Origin: Lepidodermella squamata
Lineage: Eukaryota; Animalia; Gastrotricha
DNA: 64,000 bases
Direction of reading: 5' to 3'
Assembly (NCBI GenBank): GCA_047495785.1
Contig: JBLDXI010000010.1
Coordinates: 2,046,001 to 2,110,000, forward strand
Shown here: piece after piece, positions 58,413 to 64,000 of the stretch
Layout of the letters: each line of letters starts with the position of its first letter
How positions within the stretch are numbered: the stretch's first letter is position 1
Made by a program: the position numbers and the translations under genes
Notes under the pieces: generated by a model
What the model was told of the DNA's origin: nothing
What the model saw: the letters and a program-made list of their open reading frames with translations, nothing else
Database searches by the model: none

Positions 58413-59157
58413 TTCTTCCCAAGTTTAACCGCCACCAGTTATAACCACACGACGCTATAGTTTGAAATTCACTGAATATAGTTGTTTGCCGACGATTTCT
58501 AGCTAGAATATAAATAAATATTACGAGCATTCCTCATTCTGATTTGATAATTCGAACATTTCATATTATTTACGCGCGCAGTTGATAGCAAGCTTGAATG
58601 AAGTTTTCATGCGTGCTTTATTATCCTAACCTCGGATCTAAATGTGTAATAGGCTGCTTCAGGAGTCGAGATGGTACCATCGGATTCAAAAAACTGATTT
58701 TGCACACAAACTCGAAATTTATGACACTTAAAGGCTTCAGTTCTTAGGTAAAACGTCAGTAGAATCTCAGTCAACGTCAGAAACGAGTTCGAGGATGAGG
58801 CTCAGTAGCACAACTTTCTGCTAAACTAAACTTGACCCTGTGCTAACTGTTGTAAAACTATTTGCAATAAAAAAAATGAGTAATGAGTAATGAGTAGTAG
58901 CGATCCATGCGGAACTCTGTCAGATATCGGCGAGTTGCCTCGCCCTAAAAGCCTAAATGGCCGAAATTCCTTGTCGAAATCCAGGTGATTGGTGAATAAA
59001 ATGAGGTGATTTTCAATTATTACTGATTTCTTTTGACATATATCTTTCATACCAAACTGGAAGTTCCGCATAGCTCTTCAAATGACGAACACGTTGATTA
59101 TGTTTTTACAAATTTTCAAAAATTTCTAACGGGTAACGGGTAAAAAATGAAAAAAAC

Positions 59158-59910
59158 ACATTATTGGGAGCGCGGCAGAAGGAACATCTATTAGGCTCGT
59201 TTGATGTTTTACATCAAATTTACCGCCAGCGACTTTTTATATTTTATTTATTCAAAAAACTGTCAGCTAAAAGCATGCCGGCAAGACGCTTTCCACAAGC
59301 GTGCGTAAAGGCTAAGGCAGCAAGGCCCAAAGCACGGCTTAATATGCGTCGGAAATCGGAGGCTGCCTAATACAGGTTGGTGCCCCTTTAGTCGCGAAAA
59401 AACAGCTTGGCCGAATTATAACAAGTGAGTCGGTCGTGTTTTTCCATCATTTTTTGTATAGATTTTTAGGCGGTGAAATAAGCCCATCCACATCAAAAGA
59501 CGTGAGACCCCAAAAATTCACTGAAATTGCTTATATCCATCTAGGTTGGCGTTTACCTTGAACCTTGATCCCATCTAAATGTTAGTGGCTTCAAAATTTC
59601 GGCTTTTTCGCCAACCCCCACTTTTCACTTGTCAACGGCCGAATGTAATGAATACGCATATTAATGCTAATTTAATATTTACTCCGTGTATTATATACGG
59701 ATTCGTGGCAATGATAGTGGTCAGTGGCGTTAAATCCTTAGCTTTGATGCGCACGTATCTATACTGAGTGGTGATTGTGGAAAGTAGAAAGCGTCCTGCC
59801 GGCTGAAAGCTTTTTTTGAATAAAAAATATAGAAGGTCACGGGCGGTAAAATTGTAAAAAAAACATTAAACGAGCCTAGAGGTTTATTCTGCCGTGCTCC
59901 AACGACATGT
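59158..59910. mobile_element. Old degenerate fold-back/MITE element
   Basis: Imperfect inverted repeats of about 140 bp at ~59158-59298 and ~59776-59910 (GGCAGAA...TAGGCTCGTTT...TTTACCGCC...GCCGGCA.GACGCTTTC). Confidence 0.65.
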
Positions 59911-60174
59911 AATTGGTTGGAGCTGTGCCATCAGTGAACCACGATAAACACTTATGATGGAATCAATTGTATCGTTCAATTCGGCGTGATTTTTTGCAAA
60001 AATGGTTAAATGATATGTTGAACCTCAATTAGCAAAAGAACTCTAACAGCAAGATTTTTTCCAAATAGCTGGATATCTCATTACTTAATCACTCGAAATG
60101 TTTTAGTAGACATTTTTCTGTGATTTGCATTATTTTTGGGGACAAATTAAAACAGTTTTTAATGAAAACTAATA

Positions 60175-60350
60175 CACCTTTTTTATTTTGCAATTTCATT
60201 ATTTTTATTAAAGAAAAACGCGTTTATTTTTTCATGATTATCAGCGTATTCATTGTATTCATTTTCTTACTTTTTTCTACCTAATGATTTACTCGATCTT
60301 CGAAGGTTCGCTGTATGCGAATACGAAACCCGAATGGGATGAATTATATA
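60175..60350 (+). mobile_element. Solo TIR of the 30477-31539 MITE family
   Basis: TA|CACCTTTTTT...GATGAATTATATA is nearly identical to 30477-30652 and abuts the truncated IRG copy D. Confidence 0.9.
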
Positions 60351-60785
60351 TTTTTGGCGTTTTGGCGAAGAAACGCGTTCAGCAGCGTCGATTTGCCGTT
60401 GCCGGATCCGCCGATAATCGCAAAGTTGAACTTGCTTGTTTCAAGATTGTGCGATTTCGCCTTTTTTCGAAGTTCCTCCTGTGCGCGTTTTCGCTCGTCT
60501 TCCAAAGCAGCTAGCTTCTTCTGTTTCTCCTCTTGAAGCTTCTTAGCAACTTCCTCATCTACCGACACCTGCAACTCGGTGTTGATTCAATTGTTGATTC
60601 AATTGTTGCCTCATTTCCATGAGTGGCGGCGTCATATCCTGTACATTTACAAATCGAAACATTTGCTTGCGGAAAAAAAGAATAAGACTTGCCACAACTT
60701 GAACTGGGGCTTGAGATTCCGACTTGGGCGCAAACAAGCTGCACATTTCCTTCACCACCATTGCCGGGACGAAAAATTCCGCCAT
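60351..60785 (-). pseudogene. IRG-like GTPase copy D (clade 1), truncated after G1
   Basis: Exon 1 MAEFFVPAMVVKEM...; the donor is GC where copy A has GT; frameshift near 60575; sequence stops at NAFLRQN where the TIR begins. Confidence 0.88.
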
Positions 60786-61226
60786 TTCAGAGTCTATGAT
60801 AAAAAAATGGGTATATGTTAAAACAGTTTAAGTGAATGATGTGAACGACATTATTTAGCTTAATAATAATCCTCTGAATGCCCTAATAATATCAGCAAAT
60901 GCAAATGGTCGCAGAAGTAAGGGGAGGGAATATAAAAGAGGAGAAAAGAGTAGCATTCAAAAATTACGTTAAAAACACACTTTCAATGAAAGAAAATCGT
61001 ACAATTGTAATTGCATTCCGCGCGATATCTTCGATTAGAAGTCCTGACACATGACAGATGAATCATATTAATTCATTGAAAACTTAGGCTAGTACCAAGC
61101 CAGATGATCTGAAATTAGGCTTTGCTATGGCCAGCCAAATCTTGTACTAATTTATTTTTGTTATCTTCGAAATGTTTCTTGTATCTTAGGTATTTGACTT
61201 TGATTTATTGATCTGCATTCATCATC

Positions 61227-62202
61227 ATGGGTAATCGCGAAAGCACACATGTCGAGTATCGAATCCCGGCAGAATTTTGGGTATGCTTCCCAATGCTTTC
61301 TTTACAATTGCCTTACTTTTTATACTAGGAATTGCTGCAAAAGCAGCAAGCTGTATTAACGCAACTGCAAACCAACATCACACAAGAAATCGACAAAGCT
61401 AAGAAGCAAGCGCTGATCGAAGAAAAGCAACGCCTCGAGGCCGAGAAAGAGGCGAAGCGTAAGCGAATGGAGGAGGAAATCAAGCGAAAAGCGAGAATCT
61501 TTGGCATCAATCTCGACGACTTCAACTTTGCAATCATCGGAACAACCGGCGTTGGCAAGTCGACCCTAATCAACGCGTTGGTTCCGGGCGCGAAGGCTCA
61601 CGTGAGCGTCGTCGAAGGCACAATGCGACCGACACCTTACCGCAGCCGCAACGTCGTGCTTTGGGACGTTCCTGGGTCGGCGACAAAGAAACATCCGGTT
61701 GCCAATTACTACGCTGACAACTTTCTGTACCTGATGGATTCGCTGATCATTGTGACTGGCTTTCGTTTGTCCGAATTCGATGTTGAGTTTGCGAAAGAAG
61801 CGATCCGACATGACCAGGGTTGTTTTCGTGAGGTCGAAGGCTGATGTGGACCTTGCCAATGATTACTACGTCAAGGAGGAGAAATATTGGGAAGACTGCC
61901 CGGCCAACGACCGAAAACGTGTAGCCGACGCCGTGAGCAGTGAAATTCGAGACAACTACACACGCCAATTTCAGGAATTTGGCGTTGCGAATATGCAGGA
62001 TGGCTCTGAGATTCCGTTTCATTTCATCAGTTCGCGGGCTATTGATGAAATCGTCAAAGGCGTTGATGCTAGCCAACGCAAATGGCCGCCGTTGGATGAG
62101 GAGAAGCTGGTGAAGACGTTGTACGAAGGGCTCAAGAGAGACGGGGCTTTGAGAAGTATTGAAAACTTCAGTCTTCCTCGGCTTCTTGCTCCGGAAAACT
62201 AA
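61227..62202 (+). pseudogene. IRG-like GTPase copy E (clade 2) with a single 2-nt deletion frameshift (or an assembly error)
   Basis: Exon 1 MGNRESTHVEYRIPAEFW; GTTGVGKST, WDVPG. CATGACCAGGGTT versus copy C CATGGCCAGAGGGTT at ~61818; otherwise intact through RSKAD to the stop. Confidence 0.82.
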
Positions 62203-62997
62203 TTCAAGCGATTGACTTGTGACTTTGAAGGTCATGTTATGAGACCTATTGATTCATTTTTCGTTTCATTACTTGGGCGTTTCTGTTCACTTTAATCTTG
62301 AATGTTTCAATAAAAATTGCAAGTCTGTCTCATTCTGATTTGTCTTTCTTTAATCAATCTGGCAGATGGAGTCTTGAAAGTAAATTGAACACCTTTTGGC
62401 AGTTAGACGTTGTGAAAATTACCAGAATTTTATTAGATATTAATAGAATGATGAGAAATTCAGTTAATATTCAGTTGGCCATGTTTGAGGTTTTTGAAGT
62501 GCAAATCGCGTATCGTTTTACGACTAATTTCACGAATACTTTAGAAAATTGACTCAGAACTTGGCATAAAAGATAGCAGCTAGTACTAAGCCTCAACTAA
62601 ACAGTAGAATTTCTGCGCTGATTGGGCAATCGATCGCTGAAGAACAGCTGCTTCAAAATACAAACTTTCAATTAAAGCGCTTCGGACCCGCGAAGATCAA
62701 CAAAGATCCGCACGATGGCATACTCGATGCAGCAGGTGCTTGAAAACTACAGCTGTTCATCTCTGTTTAAGTTATTGATACAAATTTTAAACAACCGGCT
62801 TCATTCCACAGGGTTTATTCCTTCATTTTTTGGACAATCATAGCTTCAAGAAAAGGAAAACCATCACGTTCAATATCAATGAACTGACGTTGGCAGTTGG
62901 CACCGTAATTTCATACCCAAAAGTCAACGCAGAACTGGCTTGGAAGATGAGCTATTTCAAAGCAGGGGCTAAGCAGACGAGTTGATAAGAATCACTC

Positions 62998-63892
62998 TTA
63001 CATCTTACATGCTGATGCTGACGCGGACAGATCGAACTCATCGATGGAGACTTCTCTGTTCCTGAGAGCTCCCTCGACCAGAGTCTGTAGGAACAACTGC
63101 TCGTCGATGATCGGGTACTGCGGATCGGCTGTGGTTTCGAAATCCATCATTCGCCTCAACGCGCGGCCGCTGAGGTAGTAGAACTTCACCGAGCACAGTC
63201 CGTTCTCGAAAAGCTGGCCATCGTAGCCAGATTTTACTCGATGCACGACATCATTCACTAAGCGCTGGCGAGTTTGTTCGTCAAGGTCGGACAATTTCTT
63301 CCCATCATATTTGTCGAAAGCTTCATTATCAAAATCGATGTCAGATTTTGTTACGACATATATGTATTCCTGGCCCATTTTCTTAGCCTGAAGGCCGTAA
63401 TCGATATCGAACTGTGTCAGCCGGTTGCCAGTCACGATGATCAAAGTCCATGAAGTAATAGCTATCTGGGTAAGGCGCTGGCTTTATTGTGCATTCGACA
63501 ACGCTCACGTTAGACTTTGCGCCTCGAACCAGCGCATTGATAAGGGACGACTTGCCAACGCCGGCTTGCCCGATGATTGCAAAGTTGAAGTCGTCGAGAT
63601 TTAGGCGGACATCTTTCGACTTATGCTTGATTTCCGCCTCCATTCGCTTGCGCTTCGCCTCTTTCTCAGCTTCGATGCGTTGCTTTTCTTCGAGCATCTT
63701 TCGCTTCACAGCTTTGCCGGTTTCAAGTGCCATGTTGTTTTGCAGTTGGGATATTTGGGCTTGGAGTGTTTCAAGTATTTTCTAGTAACAAAGGTCACAA
63801 TAATTTGGAAGAAATTCTTGACATCATACCGAAATCTCCGGCGGGATTTGATATTCACTGACTTGACGGCGGCTTCCGAAAATATTACCCAT
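62998..63892 (-). pseudogene. Chimeric IRG-like GTPase copy F: clade-2 N-terminus fused to clade-1 C-terminus, G3 deleted, frameshifted
   Basis: Exon 1 MGNIFGSRRQVSEYQIPPEIS and GQAGVGKSSLINALVRGAK match C/E. After KPAPY the WDxPG segment is missing. The rest (YGLQAKKMGQE...YLSGRALR...VSIDEF) matches A/B. Confidence 0.82.
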
Positions 63893-64000
63893 GATAATAG
63901 AAATCTAATTTAAACTGAAAAAGGTTTGGAAATTATTGCAGAAGACATTGCAGAAATTATGAGCCGATTTCGATAGCAATAGTAAAACCAGTGCTAAAAT

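Overview
This is animal (bilaterian invertebrate) nuclear DNA, not prokaryotic. It is compact, with many 43-60 bp GT-AG introns, AATAAA signals and homeobox genes. I cannot assign a species. In order, the window holds: two tandem USP deubiquitinases; a tail-less GABA-B-like class C GPCR; an M13 neprilysin/ECE peptidase; an intronless two-gene block of non-animal character; an NmrA-like gene; three intronless alpha-arrestins; and a small secreted peptide gene. The intronless block encodes a 745-aa 2H-phosphoesterase + dual-specificity phosphatase + P-loop kinase + ATP-dependent RNA ligase protein, followed 67 bp later by a stand-alone AEP primase domain resembling those of giant-virus D5/C962R primase-helicases. 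The rest of the window contains an Msxlx-like homeobox gene about 15 kb from Nkx2.2; three paralogous secreted 8-Cys (CxxxC...CxC) peptide genes between them, one split by an apparently intact three-gene EnSpm/CACTA transposon; a P-element remnant with nested insertions; many MITEs, two of which carry tRNA-like Pol III cassettes; and six IRG-like GTPase copies in two clades, partly arranged as head-to-head pairs. The RNA-repair + primase block is the best candidate for an undescribed system. All gene models were spliced by eye and no database searches were run.
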